A DNA stretch of 64,000 nucleotides from Rhizobium aquaticum (GCF_040545545.1 NZ_JBEPMB010000001.1:807002-871001); one strand, 5' to 3'; numbered from the stretch's first letter, positions 21,383-33,017 are shown. Translations and numbers: made by a program. The notes: a model not told the origin generated them from the sequence alone.

Positions 21383-22696
21383 TCAGAGCAGCGACGTGAT
21401 CTTCAGGCCGGCATTGAGGAAGCCCGAGGGGTCGATGGCGACGCCGTTGCGGCGGACTTCGTAATGCAGGTGAGGGCCGGTGGAGCGACCCGTGTTGCCG
21501 ACGCGGCCGATCGTATCGCCGGTGTCTACATGCTGTCCGACGCGTACGAGGATTTCAGAGAGGTGGCCGTAACGCGTGGTGATTCCGTTGCCGTGGTCAA
21601 TCTCGATCATGTTGCCATAGCCGGAAGCCTGGCCTGCGGTGACCACGGTGCCGGCGCCGGAAGCGCGTGCAGGATCGCCGATGCTGCCTCGGAAGTCGAT
21701 GCCGGGATGCAGTGCCAGCGTGCCAAGGAAGGGGTCCTTGCGATAGCCGAAGCCGCTGGTTTCCATGGCGCCGGGGATCGGGTTGCCGAAGGGATAACGC
21801 ATGGCCTGTGTGCGGATTTCTTCAAGACGCTGCAGTGCCAGGTCGAGCTGGGTGAGCTTCAGGTCGAATTTGTCACCCGTCGGATTATTGACTGGAATAT
21901 AGGGGCCGCCGGTGTCTGCCGTGCTGTCTTCGTCCTTGGGCTGGATGCCGGTGCGGCGGAGGATCGTTGCAATCGCGTCTGCCTTTTCGGAGGCACCAAG
22001 GCGCAGGTTTTCGATCTTGGCGATCTGCTGCTGCTCTATGGATTTGAGCGACAGAGAGACATTGCTGAAGATGCGGTCGGCGCGGTTGGCGGGCGATTCG
22101 GCGGCCGCCGGCGCGAAGCCGAGGGCACGCGTCGTGATCGGATCGATCGCTGCGGTTTTCTGGTCTGTGCCGAGAATGGCGTCGAAGGGAGAGCCGGCAC
22201 TGGCGCGGCGGTCATCTGTCGTCGGCTTGGTGGCGGGGACCGGGACTTCGGGCTGCGCTGCACCTACGCTTTCGGCACGCTCGATCAGTTCGTCGATCTT
22301 GCCGTGGCGGTCGGTGAGCGCCGACTGGCGCTCCATCAGCTTCTCGACCTTCTTCTCGACCACCTGCTGGTCAAGAAGCTGGCGCGAAGTGACCCGGTCT
22401 ACCTGCGCTCTGAGCGCCGAGATACGGTCTTCATATTCGTGCTGGATACGGGCCTGTCGGGCGATCGATGCACCCAGCAGGTCGTCGCGCAGGACGAGAT
22501 AGGTCGTCGCGCCGAAATATCCCATCGTCAATGTTGCGGCCACCGCAACGCCGAGCGCCGTCATCCACGGCTTGACCGTCAGATGCCGAACCTTGTCGCC
22601 CGATGCCAGGATCAGCACTGGTGCTTTACGACGTTTGGCAAAGACGCTTTTTCCGGCTTCACTGCCCAAGAGGCTACCCCCAAACCAAAAAACCAC
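21383..22696 (-). CDS. M23 family metallopeptidase (EnvC-like, coiled-coil + LytM domain)
   Basis: HxGxD and HLHYE M23 motifs in the C-terminal domain, a long coiled coil and an N-terminal TM. The start is uncertain (GTG 22696). Confidence 0.8.
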   Translation of the reverse strand: MVFWFGGSLLGSEAGKSVFAKRRKAPVLILASGDKVRHLTVKPWMTALGVAVAATLTMGYFGATTYLVLRDDLLGASIARQARIQHEYEDRISALRAQVDRVTSRQLLDQQVVEKKVEKLMERQSALTDRHGKIDELIERAESVGAAQPEVPVPATKPTTDDRRASAGSPFDAILGTDQKTAAIDPITTRALGFAPAAAESPANRADRIFSNVSLSLKSIEQQQIAKIENLRLGASEKADAIATILRRTGIQPKDEDSTADTGGPYIPVNNPTGDKFDLKLTQLDLALQRLEEIRTQAMRYPFGNPIPGAMETSGFGYRKDPFLGTLALHPGIDFRGSIGDPARASGAGTVVTAGQASGYGNMIEIDHGNGITTRYGHLSEILVRVGQHVDTGDTIGRVGNTGRSTGPHLHYEVRRNGVAIDPSGFLNAGLKITSLL

Positions 22697-22786
22697 ACGT
22701 TTTCATGGAGGAATTACACACCGTTAAGGTTAATAAATCGTTCCAGGTGGTTCCCGACAGCCGCGAAAAGCTCCTGCAAGCCTCTG

Positions 22787-23623
22787 TCAGGCCGAGCTTG
22801 TCGAGGTGAGTGCGCGGTAGAAGGAGGGCGTCAAACCGGCTTCCGCGCGAGCCACATCGTTAAAGGGCGCCTTCAACGGTCCGCGGAAGTTGATGCGCAC
22901 GAGCGACTGGAAGGTGGCGGCCGGATCCTTCTTCTCGCGGGCGCAGAGAAAACGGAACCACTTGGCGCCGATCGCCACATGGCCTTTCTCGTCATTGTAA
23001 ATGATATCAAGCACTTCTGCGCTTTCCATGTCACCGGTTTCGCGCATCTTTTCCTGCAGCGAGGGCGTAACGTCGAGGCCACGGGCCTCGAGAATCAGCG
23101 GCACCACGGCAAGCCGTGCAGTCAGGTCGTTGCGGGTGTCGTGGGCCGCCTGCCACAGGCCATCGTGAGCGGGCAGGTCGCCATAGTCGGCACCCAATGC
23201 CTTCAGGCGTCCGCGCACGAGGTTGAAATGCTTGGCTTCCTCGAAGGCGACCTGCATCCAGCCATCGAAGAAGGAGCGCGGAACCGGTTCGGAGGCGAAT
23301 CGGGCGACGATGTCGAGGGCGAGATCGACGGCGTTCAGCTCGATATGGGCGAGCGCATGCAACATCGCTATCCGCCCTTTCACCGAGCCAAGGCTGCGGC
23401 GCTTCACTTGCGTTGGCGGCACGAGCAGAGGGCGATCCGGCCGGCCGGGGCGATCGGGTACTACAGCGTCGCCTGGATGACGGAGAGAGAGCGTGCGGCC
23501 ATACCACGTTTCAGCGACCTTCGAGGCGAGCGCTGTCTTCAGGTCGAGATCGGCTGCGCGGATTGCCTGAACGGCGCCGTCGCGGAGAGACTTGAAATGC
23601 GGGATGGCCGGCTTCTCTGTCAC
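22787..23623 (-). CDS. Ferritin-like DUF455 family protein
   Basis: HIELNAVDLALD and EEAKHF blocks. Start set at GTG 23623 to avoid the overlap with bcp. Confidence 0.6.
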   Translation of the reverse strand: MTEKPAIPHFKSLRDGAVQAIRAADLDLKTALASKVAETWYGRTLSLRHPGDAVVPDRPGRPDRPLLVPPTQVKRRSLGSVKGRIAMLHALAHIELNAVDLALDIVARFASEPVPRSFFDGWMQVAFEEAKHFNLVRGRLKALGADYGDLPAHDGLWQAAHDTRNDLTARLAVVPLILEARGLDVTPSLQEKMRETGDMESAEVLDIIYNDEKGHVAIGAKWFRFLCAREKKDPAATFQSLVRINFRGPLKAPFNDVARAEAGLTPSFYRALTSTSSA

Positions 23624-23624
23624 G

Positions 23625-24095
23625 TCAGGAGGCTGCCTTGACGGCGGCAAGCACCTCTTCGGCATGGCCCTTCACCTTCACGCCGGCCCATGTCTTCAGG
23701 ATATTGCCGTCCGGGCCGATCAGATAGGTGGTGCGGGCGACGCCCATGTATTTCTTCCCGTACATGCTCTTTTCCTGCCAGACGCCGTAACGCTGCAGCA
23801 TTTCCGTCGATTCGTCCGAGCCGAGTGCGACGGAGAGGTTATGCTTGGCGGCGAACTTCCCGTGCTTCTTGACCGGGTCCGGCGACACGCCGATGACGAC
23901 CGCGCCGGCGTTTTCGAAATCGGCCTTCAGCGCACTGAAATCGACCGCCTCGGTCGTGCAGGCGGGTGTATCATCCTTGGGATAGAAATACAGCACCACT
24001 TTCTTGCCAGAATAGTCCTTTAACGACAGCGTCGTTCCACCGTCCGCCGGTATTTCGAAGTCGGGTGCAAGTTCGCCGGGCTGCAGTTCGGACAT
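23625..24095 (-). CDS. bcp: Thiol peroxidase Bcp (peroxiredoxin)
   Basis: YFYPKDDTPACTTE peroxidatic-Cys motif. ATG with an AAGGAAA RBS. Confidence 0.9.
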   Translation of the reverse strand: MSELQPGELAPDFEIPADGGTTLSLKDYSGKKVVLYFYPKDDTPACTTEAVDFSALKADFENAGAVVIGVSPDPVKKHGKFAAKHNLSVALGSDESTEMLQRYGVWQEKSMYGKKYMGVARTTYLIGPDGNILKTWAGVKVKGHAEEVLAAVKAAS

Positions 24096-24194
24096 TGGAT
24101 TTCCTTTCCCTTCGGGAGACAGTCTTAACGGTTCGGGCTATATAATCTGGACGTGAATCGCCCACAAACTCATACGGGAGGAGACCCTGATCGG

Positions 24195-27100
24195 ATGACT
24201 GACGTCAACGGCGGAAACGCCGGAGATCAGGGCGACACTGCGCCACATGAACCGGTTCCGGCGCCTGCCGTGCCGGCCGCGAAGCCTGTGCGTCGGCGAA
24301 AGAGCGCGTTCCGGCGCGTCTTCGTGGCCGTCATGGAACTGGCGCTGCTGGTCGCGCTTATTCTTGGCGGTGTCTATTACGCGGTCGAGCGCGGCCTTTT
24401 CGACGACATCCTGAAACGCGAGGCAGTCTCTATTCTGGCACGCGCCGCCGGCGCCGAGAATTATGCGGCCGACGTGGGGTCCGCCACGTTGCGCTTCAAC
24501 TCTCAATGGCAGCTGGTGATTGACGCCAGGGATGTGTCCATTCGTCCTGCCGAATCCCAGGGAGCGACGTTCCGCACGGGTCATGTGAAGATTGCGCTCG
24601 AAACCGTCTCGTTGCTCAGCGGCCGATTGAGCGTGGCATCCGTTTCTGTCGACGGAACCGGCATCAACTTCGACGCCCTGCCGCAACAGCATGGGGGAGC
24701 CGAGGCATTCCGGATCGACAGCCTTCCCCATATTCTGGATCGAGTTTTTACCGCGCTGGATGCGTTCGATAACGCCAGCGGGAAGACAGATATTCGCAGG
24801 CTGAAGCTGACGGGGATCAACTTCGAACTCCGGGCGCAGCAATTGCGTCGCTCCAAGGTCGCCGTCCGTCAGGTGTTGCTGGAGCGTGGCGACGATGGCA
24901 ATATTTCCATCTCAGGCGACTATGCGGTGGATGGATCACAAGGCACGCTGCACGCGGTGACGCAGCGCGGTGACAAGGGCATCGACGGCCTGTCTTTCGA
25001 TCTGGAGCGCTTCACGCTCGGGTCCTTGCTGATGGAGCATAGCCGCGCCGGCGAGCCGGTGATCGGACTTGCCGGCGATCTGTGGCTCAAGCTGGAAGCA
25101 AAGCGGAAAACCGCGGACCAGCCTGCCGCGCTGAAAATTGCCGCGCGACTTGAGAACGGCACGTTTTACGGAGAGGCAAAGGCCTCGCCGATCACAAGGG
25201 GCGAGCTTCTCGCGCATTACGACTTTTCTGCGCAGAAGATCGAGGTCGAGCCTTCGGTGTTCGAGTTCGGTGAGACGCGGCTGCCCTTTACCGGCGGCTT
25301 TATCGATATCGACCGCCTGGACCGACCGGAAAAGCAGGGTATCGCCATCGACCTGATGATCGACCGCGGCCATGCGGCCCCTGGCAATCTTGGCGATCAG
25401 CCAGTCGATTTCGTCGGCAAGGCTTTCGGTATTTTTCATCCCGACACCAAGGAGCTTGTTGCGCAGGACATCGTGATTTCCTCGCAGTCCGGCTTCATCG
25501 GTGGATCGGTGACCGTGAAATTTGGTATTCCCAAAACCGGAAACATGATCAGCGACTCGCCTGAGATCAGCCTCGGGCTGTTCACGCAGAATGTTGCCGC
25601 CAATACGATCCGGGCACTCTGGCCATTCTGGATGGCGCCCGACGGGCGCAACTGGGTCTACACCAATCTCTTTGGCGGGACGATCACCAACGGGTCGCTT
25701 GCGGTTTTCCTGCCGGCAGGACGGCTTCCCTTCTATCCCGAAGATCATGTCACGCTTGACGAAAGCGAGCTGAAGATCCGCTTCGATATCGATGGCGCGC
25801 GCGTGAGCATCGCCGGCGACATCCCGCCGATGCGCGATACCGTTGCCCATTTCGAAATGATGGGCGACCGGATTCAGACGGCGATCAAGAAGGGCACGGC
25901 CTATTTTCCGTCGGGGCGCAGCATTGACGTAGCCGAGGGCAGCTTCATCATCGACAGCGTGAGCGAGAAGCCTGCGGTGGCCAGAACCGAATTCAAGCTT
26001 GCCGGCGATGCATCGGCACTTCTCGAACTCACAACCTATCGGCCCATCTCGTCGCTTCAGGACACCGGCTTCAAGCCCGAGGATTTTTCGGGACAGGCTC
26101 ACGTTGCCCTCAAGGCTCGCTTTGCGCTGAAGAACGCTCCCAACGCGCGTCCGCCGGAATGGCTCGCGCTGCTCAAACTGTCCGACGTGGCGGTGAGCAA
26201 GCCGCTTGGAGGCCACAAGATCAGCAATATCAATGGCGAGATGAAGATCAATCCGCTCTCGGCCAAGATGGAAGCGGATGCGAAGGTTGAAGGCGTGCCT
26301 CTCCATTTCAGCCTCGTGGAGCCGCTGAGCAAGGCAAGCCGGCAGAAACGTCAACGCGTGGTGACGGCCAATCTTGAGGCAAAGCAGCTTGAGAAGCTGG
26401 TGCCGGGCGTGTCCGATCTGGCGACCGGGCCTCTGACACTCAGGACCGAGTTGCGCGACGATGGCTCGCAAGCCGTCTCGGCGGGCCTTGCCAAGGCGAA
26501 GATCGTGATACCCTGGGCCGGTTGGGAGAAAGGTGCGGGCGTCCCGGCGACGGTGGACTTCGTGACCAAGAAGGATGGCGATCGTTTCCTCATTTCGGAC
26601 TTCGACTTCTCCGGGGACGGTTTCGGCGCGAAGGGAACGTTGCAGACAGACAATCAGGGTGTGGCCATGGCAGAGTTCTCCAAGGTGAGGCTGGCGCCCA
26701 GCGACGACATTGCTGTCAAGATTCAACGCACGGGCGGACGCTATGCCATCACTGCTTCCGGCAAATCCGCCGACGCGCGCGGCCTGCTCACGCGACTGAA
26801 GTCGCCGGGCGCGACCGAAGGCAGTAGTATCGATTTTTCAGTCAATGCGAAGATCTCCTCCATCATCGGCTTCAACAACGAGACGCTGAAGAATGTGGAT
26901 GCGGCCTATTCGGTGAAGAATGGGAAGCCGGTCGCGGTCAAGCTGACGGCGGTGACGGGCAATGATCAGGCCGTGGTGGCGAAGCTTGCGCAGGACACGG
27001 GTATCGCGCGCTCCATCGACCTGACCGCCACGGATGCCGGCGCGCTATCCCGCTTCACCGGACTCTACAACAACATGCGCGGCGGGCTTTTGAACGTTGG

Positions 27101-27605
27101 CATGCGCTATGTGGCGGACGGCGTGTGGCGGGGGGTGATTGATGTGCGCGACTTCCAGCTCGTCAACGAACAGCGCCTTCAGGAAATCGTCTCGACTCGC
27201 TCCGGCAAGGACGGCAAGAGCCTGAATGATGCTGTGAAGAAGAATATCGACGTCAGCAGCCAGAAGTTCTCGCGTGGCTATGGCCGCGTTCTCATTGACG
27301 GCGAGACGGTGCGGATCGAAAACGGTGTGGTGCGCGGAGAGCAGGTCGGCGCGACCTTCCAGGGGATCCTGCGCGATGGGAATGGCCAGATGAACATGAC
27401 CGGCACGTTCATGCCGGCCTATGGTCTCAACCGCCTGTTTGCCGAACTGCCGATCATCGGGCTCTTTCTCGGTAACGGCAAGGATCGCGGCCTGATCGGC
27501 ATCACATTCAGGCTCTCCGGCCCGGCGGAGCAGCCCGGCCTGCAAATCAATCCGCTGTCTCTGATCGCGCCGGGTGTGTTTCGGAGCATTTTCCAGTTTC
27601 AGTGA
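24195..27605 (+). CDS. AsmA-family/DUF3971 large envelope protein (~1136 aa, N-terminal TM)
   Basis: ATG 24195 with a GGGAGGAG RBS. A single N-terminal TM followed by a long beta-rich body. The C-terminal ...PLSLIAPGVF end is typical of AsmA-like proteins. Confidence 0.65.
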   Translation: MTDVNGGNAGDQGDTAPHEPVPAPAVPAAKPVRRRKSAFRRVFVAVMELALLVALILGGVYYAVERGLFDDILKREAVSILARAAGAENYAADVGSATLRFNSQWQLVIDARDVSIRPAESQGATFRTGHVKIALETVSLLSGRLSVASVSVDGTGINFDALPQQHGGAEAFRIDSLPHILDRVFTALDAFDNASGKTDIRRLKLTGINFELRAQQLRRSKVAVRQVLLERGDDGNISISGDYAVDGSQGTLHAVTQRGDKGIDGLSFDLERFTLGSLLMEHSRAGEPVIGLAGDLWLKLEAKRKTADQPAALKIAARLENGTFYGEAKASPITRGELLAHYDFSAQKIEVEPSVFEFGETRLPFTGGFIDIDRLDRPEKQGIAIDLMIDRGHAAPGNLGDQPVDFVGKAFGIFHPDTKELVAQDIVISSQSGFIGGSVTVKFGIPKTGNMISDSPEISLGLFTQNVAANTIRALWPFWMAPDGRNWVYTNLFGGTITNGSLAVFLPAGRLPFYPEDHVTLDESELKIRFDIDGARVSIAGDIPPMRDTVAHFEMMGDRIQTAIKKGTAYFPSGRSIDVAEGSFIIDSVSEKPAVARTEFKLAGDASALLELTTYRPISSLQDTGFKPEDFSGQAHVALKARFALKNAPNARPPEWLALLKLSDVAVSKPLGGHKISNINGEMKINPLSAKMEADAKVEGVPLHFSLVEPLSKASRQKRQRVVTANLEAKQLEKLVPGVSDLATGPLTLRTELRDDGSQAVSAGLAKAKIVIPWAGWEKGAGVPATVDFVTKKDGDRFLISDFDFSGDGFGAKGTLQTDNQGVAMAEFSKVRLAPSDDIAVKIQRTGGRYAITASGKSADARGLLTRLKSPGATEGSSIDFSVNAKISSIIGFNNETLKNVDAAYSVKNGKPVAVKLTAVTGNDQAVVAKLAQDTGIARSIDLTATDAGALSRFTGLYNNMRGGLLNVGMRYVADGVWRGVIDVRDFQLVNEQRLQEIVSTRSGKDGKSLNDAVKKNIDVSSQKFSRGYGRVLIDGETVRIENGVVRGEQVGATFQGILRDGNGQMNMTGTFMPAYGLNRLFAELPIIGLFLGNGKDRGLIGITFRLSGPAEQPGLQINPLSLIAPGVFRSIFQFQ

Positions 27606-27763
27606 AGAACGCGCTGCCAGACAAGCAACTTGACAGTTGTTAGTAAGGGTGCAGTATTTCCTCGGTTGTCTTGGCTGCCGCGTCTCGCGTATTGATTGGC
27701 GGAGCGCTTTCGGGGCGTTGGCGGGGTCGCGGACAGGTCTTGTGTCAAAATGTGGAGGATCAC

Positions 27764-28306
27764 ATGCGTTGGATGAAGTTAGTTCGTTGCATTGGGCTCG
27801 CAGGTGTAGTCGCGGGTTCTCTGGCAGGCGCGGCAGCCGAGGCCGCCGAGATCGTGGCTCTTGGTGCCAGCAACACTTACGGGCGGGGCCAAGGTTCGCA
27901 TCATGACGGAGTGGACAAAGGGCAAGCCTTTCCCGCGCAATTGCAGGCCATGTTGGCCGCGCGAAATTGTAAGGCGACCGTCGTCAATGCCGGTGTTCCC
28001 GGCGATACGACGGGTGGAATGCTTGCGCGGGAAGCCGCGCTTCTGCAGTCCGACACGAAGGTTCTCATCTTGCAGCCCGGCGGTAACGACGAGCGCAAGG
28101 GGCAGGGCGACAATTCAGCCAATATTGCAAAAATCAAAGCGCTCGCGGCTTCCAAGGGCGTGAAAGTGGTCATGCTTGACCATCCAGGCAAAATTGCCGG
28201 CGGCAACCGCCTTCCCGATGGTCAGCACTTTTCAGCCGCTGGCCATACGCTTTTCGCACAATACCTTCTGCCGAAAGTGTTGGCGACGGGCGTTTGCAAA
28301 CGATGA
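27764..28306 (+). CDS. SGNH/GDSL hydrolase (arylesterase-like), secreted
   Basis: Signal peptide, GASNTYG block I and a DGxH catalytic end. ATG 27764 with a GGAGGA RBS. Confidence 0.75.
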   Translation: MRWMKLVRCIGLAGVVAGSLAGAAAEAAEIVALGASNTYGRGQGSHHDGVDKGQAFPAQLQAMLAARNCKATVVNAGVPGDTTGGMLAREAALLQSDTKVLILQPGGNDERKGQGDNSANIAKIKALAASKGVKVVMLDHPGKIAGGNRLPDGQHFSAAGHTLFAQYLLPKVLATGVCKR

Positions 28307-28447
28307 GCCAGGAGAATCCTGCGGCTTGATGAACAGCTAACGATACCCGGCTTAGACCGCTTCTGCGTTTCATGGAAACACTGAAACGGTCTATCTGTTT
28401 TCCAAAGTCGGGACGTGAAAGCCGTTGTCGCTTTCGATGGTCTCGCG

Positions 28448-29701
28448 TCAGGCCGGGCGCACCAGAACGTGCTTCTTCTTGCCCATCGAGACCTTGATGA
28501 CGCCGTCGGCGGTGACGTCGCGTGAACCGATCGTCATGCGCTCGTCCGAAACGGCCTTGTCGTTGATGCGGATTGCGCCGCCCTGGACGTGACGACGGGC
28601 CTCGCCGTTGGAGGCGGCAAAGCCAGCCTTGACCAGAAGCGCGAGCAGACCGATGCCGGCGTCGAGTTCAGATTTGGCGACATCGACGGAAGGCAGGTTT
28701 TCGGCAAGCGCGCCTTCCTCGAAGGTCTTGCGTGCGGTTTCGGCGGCTTCTTCAGCCGCTGCGCGGCCGTGGAGCATGGTGGTGACTTCGGTCGCGAGGA
28801 TCTTCTTGACCTCGTTGATTTCCGAGCCAGCGAGCTTCGACATGCGTTCTATTTCAGCCATCGGAAGCTTGGTGAAGAGCTTCATGAACTTGATGACGTC
28901 GGCATCTTCGGTATTCCGCCAGTACTGCCAGAAATCGTAGACCGGCAGCAGGTCGGCGTTTAGCCAGACGGCGCCTGAAGCAGACTTGCCCATCTTGGCG
29001 CCCGACGACGTGGTCAGAAGCGGTGCTGTCAGCGCATAAAGCTGCGGCGTCCCCATGCGGTGACCGAGGTCGATGCCGTTGACGATATTGCCCCACTGGT
29101 CAGAGCCGCCCATCTGCAGGCGGCAGCCGTAGCGCTGGGAAAGCTCAACGAAATCGTAGGCCTGCAGGATCATGTAGTTGAATTCGAGGAAGGACAGCGA
29201 CTGTTCGCGGTCGAGACGCGTCTTCACGCTGTCGAAGGACAGCATGCGGTTGACCGAGAAATGCTTGCCGACATCGCGCAGGAATTCGAGGTAATTGAGC
29301 GAACGCAGCCATTCGGCGTTGTTGATCATCAACGCGCCCTTGGGGCCTTCGCCGTAATTCAGGTAGTTTGCAAAGACGCGCTTGATGGAGGCGATGTTGT
29401 TTTCGATCGTCTCGATCGTCATCAGTTGACGGGCTTCCTCCTTGAAGGAGGGATCGCCGACCATGCCTGTGCCGCCGCCCATGAGCGAAATCGGACGGTG
29501 GCCGGTTTCCTGGAACCAGTGCAGCATCATGATCTGCATCAGGTGGCCGACATGAAGGCTCGAGGCCGTCGGGTCATAACCGATATAGGCCGTCACGGTT
29601 TCCTTGGCGAGCAGGTCATCAAGGCCGCTCTCGTCGGAGACCTGATGAATGAAGCCGCGCTCGGAGAGCGTGCGAAGGAAATCGGACTTGAAACCGGACA
29701 T
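28448..29701 (-). CDS. tyrS: Tyrosine--tRNA ligase
   Basis: HVGHL (HIGH) and KMGKS motifs plus a C-terminal S4 domain. 417 aa. Confidence 0.9.
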   Translation of the reverse strand: MSGFKSDFLRTLSERGFIHQVSDESGLDDLLAKETVTAYIGYDPTASSLHVGHLMQIMMLHWFQETGHRPISLMGGGTGMVGDPSFKEEARQLMTIETIENNIASIKRVFANYLNYGEGPKGALMINNAEWLRSLNYLEFLRDVGKHFSVNRMLSFDSVKTRLDREQSLSFLEFNYMILQAYDFVELSQRYGCRLQMGGSDQWGNIVNGIDLGHRMGTPQLYALTAPLLTTSSGAKMGKSASGAVWLNADLLPVYDFWQYWRNTEDADVIKFMKLFTKLPMAEIERMSKLAGSEINEVKKILATEVTTMLHGRAAAEEAAETARKTFEEGALAENLPSVDVAKSELDAGIGLLALLVKAGFAASNGEARRHVQGGAIRINDKAVSDERMTIGSRDVTADGVIKVSMGKKKHVLVRPA

Positions 29702-29813
29702 GGCTAATCTCTCTGCACTGGACGTGTAACGGGCGGGCCTTTAGCACTGTTTTCAGGCGATTGCACCCGATTCCGCATCGAATGCGATCTTTGGGATGGG
29801 AGTTTTATGCATG

Positions 29814-30935
29814 CTGGAGACCATGACGGCGATCGGCCTGATGAGCGGGACGTCGATGGACGGCGTCGATGTGGCGCTGATCGAGACCGATGGCGAGATT
29901 TACGTCAAGCGCGGGGCGGCGATGGAATTTCCCTATGCGCCGGATTTCCGCCGGCGGCTGGCGGCCTCGCTGGAGGACGCCAAGGCGATCAAGGAACGCA
30001 GCGAGCGTCCAGGGAGCCTTGGCGCGATCGAGCGCGAGATTACCGATCTGCATGCGGATGCGGTGACACGGTTTCTTTCCGCCAACTGGCTGAAAGCGGA
30101 GGATATCGGGGTCGTCGGTTTTCATGGCCAGACCGTGATCCACCGTCCGGATCAGGGCTACACGGTGCAGATCGGCGATGGTATTTCGCTGGCTAAACAA
30201 ATCGGCATTCCGGTCGTCTTTGACATGCGTGCCAACGACATGGTGCATGGAGGGCAGGGCGCGCCGCTGGTGCCGGCCTATCATGCGGCACTCGCGCGCG
30301 GGCTTTACTGGGACCAGTTTCCGGTCGTCTTCGTCAATATCGGCGGGATATCAAACCTCACCTATATCGGTGCCGATGGCGAGATCGTCGCCTTCGACAG
30401 CGGGCCGGGCAATACGCTGATCGACCAGTGGGTGGAGGCGGAAGCCGGCATTCCCTTTGATGCGGGCGGGGCGATTGCCTCGGAAGGCGCGGTGATCGCA
30501 TCGCTTGCCGAGCGCTATCTGTCGCACGCCTTCTTTACCGATGAAAAGCGCCGCTCGCTGGACCGTAGCGATTTCCGGCCGCCGGAAAGCCACGAGATCG
30601 GCCTGCATGACGGCGCGCGTACACTCGCCCATGTCAGCGCCGCCGCGATCCTGAAATCGGCGCGTCACCTGCCGGTGAAACCGCGTACCTATATCATCTG
30701 CGGCGGTGGCCGGCTGAACCGCTCCATCGTTGCCGATCTCGACCGGATGGCGGGTGAGGAGGGCGCGAAGGTGGTGATCGCCGAGGATCTGGGCTTCAAC
30801 GGTGCGGGCATGGAGGCGGAGGCCTGGGCCTATCTCGCCGTGCGATCGCTGAAAGAGCTGCCGCTGACTTATCCGGGGACGACGGGAGTTAAGGTTCCCG
30901 TCACAGGCGGCGTGCTGGTGCATCCAGAGGGCTGA
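29814..30935 (+). CDS. anmK: Anhydro-N-acetylmuramic acid kinase
   Basis: [16 protein letters not shown]-terminal motif; full-length AnmK. Three candidate ATGs lie between 29796 and 29826. Confidence 0.85.
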   Translation: METMTAIGLMSGTSMDGVDVALIETDGEIYVKRGAAMEFPYAPDFRRRLAASLEDAKAIKERSERPGSLGAIEREITDLHADAVTRFLSANWLKAEDIGVVGFHGQTVIHRPDQGYTVQIGDGISLAKQIGIPVVFDMRANDMVHGGQGAPLVPAYHAALARGLYWDQFPVVFVNIGGISNLTYIGADGEIVAFDSGPGNTLIDQWVEAEAGIPFDAGGAIASEGAVIASLAERYLSHAFFTDEKRRSLDRSDFRPPESHEIGLHDGARTLAHVSAAAILKSARHLPVKPRTYIICGGGRLNRSIVADLDRMAGEEGAKVVIAEDLGFNGAGMEAEAWAYLAVRSLKELPLTYPGTTGVKVPVTGGVLVHPEG

Positions 30936-30983
30936 CAGGCGTGAAGGCCGGATGTGTCCGGCCCTCACGTTTGGTTGGCTGCG

Positions 30984-33017
30984 TCAATCCTCGGCTTTTG
31001 CAGAGGGTGCCGCAAGCTCCTTGCGTGCCTTGTCGGCCACCAGCATGCTGAGCAGCATTTCGACGAGACCGTTCGCGCTGCCGTTGCCGCCGGACGTGCC
31101 GACCTGGATTTGCGGGACCAGCGGCAGCTTGCCGTTTTCGATCGCTTCGGCAAAGCGCATCAGCACCTGCGAGTTGAGCTGGTAGTCCGGGCCGCCGAAG
31201 GCCGAGACCTTTTTCTCCGTCGCTTCTGCTTCCGCGAGACCGATAGCGCGAACCTTTTCGGCATCGGCCAGACCCGTCACCTTGATGCGTTCGGCTTCGG
31301 CCTGCGCGACGAACTTGATGCGGTCGGCCTCGCCCTGGCCGGAAAGCTTTTGCCGCTCGGCTTCGGCCTTGGCCTGGACCTGGATGGTTTCGGCCTCCTG
31401 ACGAGTGAGCGCCAGTTTCGCCTTGCCCTCGTTTTCACTGACCTCGATGGCGAGCATGGAGGAGGTGATGCGGGCCTGCTGTTCGGCGAGCGCCTGCTTT
31501 TCGCGCAAGGTTCGTTCCTGCACGGCAGCGATCTCCTGCAGCTTGTAGGTCTCAACCTTTTCGACCGCCACCTGACGGTCGCGCAACTGGGCGAGGATCG
31601 TCTCGATGGCGCCCTGGCCCTGTTCGGCGCGTGGTGTGCCGATCAGCACCTCTTGAAGCTCCAGCGAATAGGCCGCGAACTTCTCCCGCATCTCCTCGCC
31701 GGAGGTGCGCTGGATCTCGTTGCGCTCCTGCAAGAGCTGGATCAGCGTCTTGGTCTGGGCGATGTTCTTGAAATAGGCCGAGACCATCGGATCGAGCGTC
31801 TGTTCGACCAGCTTCTTGATGTCGCCGAAACGCTGCACCACCATCGGCGCCTTCATGTAGTCGATATGGACGACGACGGAGAGCGGCAGGACGGGTTCGA
31901 AGGCATCGCGGGTGATCAGGCTGACTTCGGACAGGTTTTCGTCGAGCTTGTGTTCGCCGGATTGCTCCTTCGTCCATTTCAGCACGAAGTTCGTGGTCGG
32001 CACGATCACGATGCTGCCTGCATAGGTGTTGAAGGCATATTTGCCGGGCAGAAGCGGGGTCGACCAGACACCGCGCGCGCCCTTTTCCACGAGTTCGCCG
32101 TGGCGATAGGCCGAGCCGGAAAGGTCGTCGCCGAGGCGGCCGGTATAGGAGACGACGACGCCGACCGTGCCGACTTCGATGATCGTCTTTTCCACCAGCT
32201 CGACCGTGGCAAAGAGGCGGTTCAGATAATAGGAGCCATCGGCCAGAACCTGGAGCTGGCGGCCGCGATAGCCGCCGGCCTGAAGAAACTTCTCCGGGTC
32301 CTGGAAATTGTTGTGAAACAGCGGGTTCTGGGGTTCGTTGGCGACCGTCGGCGCGATGATTTCGCCATCCGCCAGCGCCGGGCCGTCATGGATGGTGACG
32401 ATGCCGATCAGGTCTTCGGAATCCTTGATGACGACTGGCTGGAAGCCGCTGCGCTCGGCAATCAGATGCTTCATCTCGTCGAAAAGCGTGGCTTCCGAGG
32501 TCGAGAGGTTGATGGCGTAGGTCCGCTGTTCGGTGAGCACGACGAATTGCGCGAGGTTGATCGCATAGGTGCCTTCACGCAGGATCTTGCGCTGCGGGCC
32601 CTTCTGGCCGCCTTTCAGGAGAAAGGCGCGCGTATCCTGGAAATCGTCGGCCTCCGTGTTGCATGCGAGCGTCTGGGTCGGCGGCAGTGCCTTGCCGTCG
32701 CGGGCAAAGACATAGCCGATCTGGCCCTGCGGGATCGTCACCAGATTGGCGGTGTGCAGGCTATACTGGAACGGCACGAAGAAATGCAGGCCGCCGCGGA
32801 TGATGTCGGGCTGGTAGCCGGCTTCGCCGTTCAGCGCGATAAAGCCGCCATCGATGGAGCCGCCGAAGCTCCAGAGCTTTTCGGGAATGCCGATGCGGTC
32901 GTTGGGCATATAGCGGACGGCGCCGCTGAGCCTGAGAAGCACCAGTGCGGCGACGACAGCCAGGATGATCACGGCAATGCGCCAGTCGGCGGCTGTCCAG
33001 TTGAGATTGTAGTCCAT
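30984..33017 (-). CDS. Flotillin-family SPFH/band-7 protein (677 aa) with coiled-coil/Ala-Glu repeats
   Basis: N-terminal TM, an SPFH domain, and a long AEAEA-repeat coiled coil (QAKAEAERQKL...AEAERIK...AEAEATEK). Confidence 0.8.
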   Translation of the reverse strand: MDYNLNWTAADWRIAVIILAVVAALVLLRLSGAVRYMPNDRIGIPEKLWSFGGSIDGGFIALNGEAGYQPDIIRGGLHFFVPFQYSLHTANLVTIPQGQIGYVFARDGKALPPTQTLACNTEADDFQDTRAFLLKGGQKGPQRKILREGTYAINLAQFVVLTEQRTYAINLSTSEATLFDEMKHLIAERSGFQPVVIKDSEDLIGIVTIHDGPALADGEIIAPTVANEPQNPLFHNNFQDPEKFLQAGGYRGRQLQVLADGSYYLNRLFATVELVEKTIIEVGTVGVVVSYTGRLGDDLSGSAYRHGELVEKGARGVWSTPLLPGKYAFNTYAGSIVIVPTTNFVLKWTKEQSGEHKLDENLSEVSLITRDAFEPVLPLSVVVHIDYMKAPMVVQRFGDIKKLVEQTLDPMVSAYFKNIAQTKTLIQLLQERNEIQRTSGEEMREKFAAYSLELQEVLIGTPRAEQGQGAIETILAQLRDRQVAVEKVETYKLQEIAAVQERTLREKQALAEQQARITSSMLAIEVSENEGKAKLALTRQEAETIQVQAKAEAERQKLSGQGEADRIKFVAQAEAERIKVTGLADAEKVRAIGLAEAEATEKKVSAFGGPDYQLNSQVLMRFAEAIENGKLPLVPQIQVGTSGGNGSANGLVEMLLSMLVADKARKELAAPSAKAED

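Noticed and set aside
21299-23641. 780-aa plus-strand ORF
   Set aside because: Antisense to the M23 peptidase and DUF455 genes. Arg-rich, no domains.
24936-26726. 596-aa minus-strand ORF
   Set aside because: Embedded antisense in the AsmA-family gene. No supporting features.
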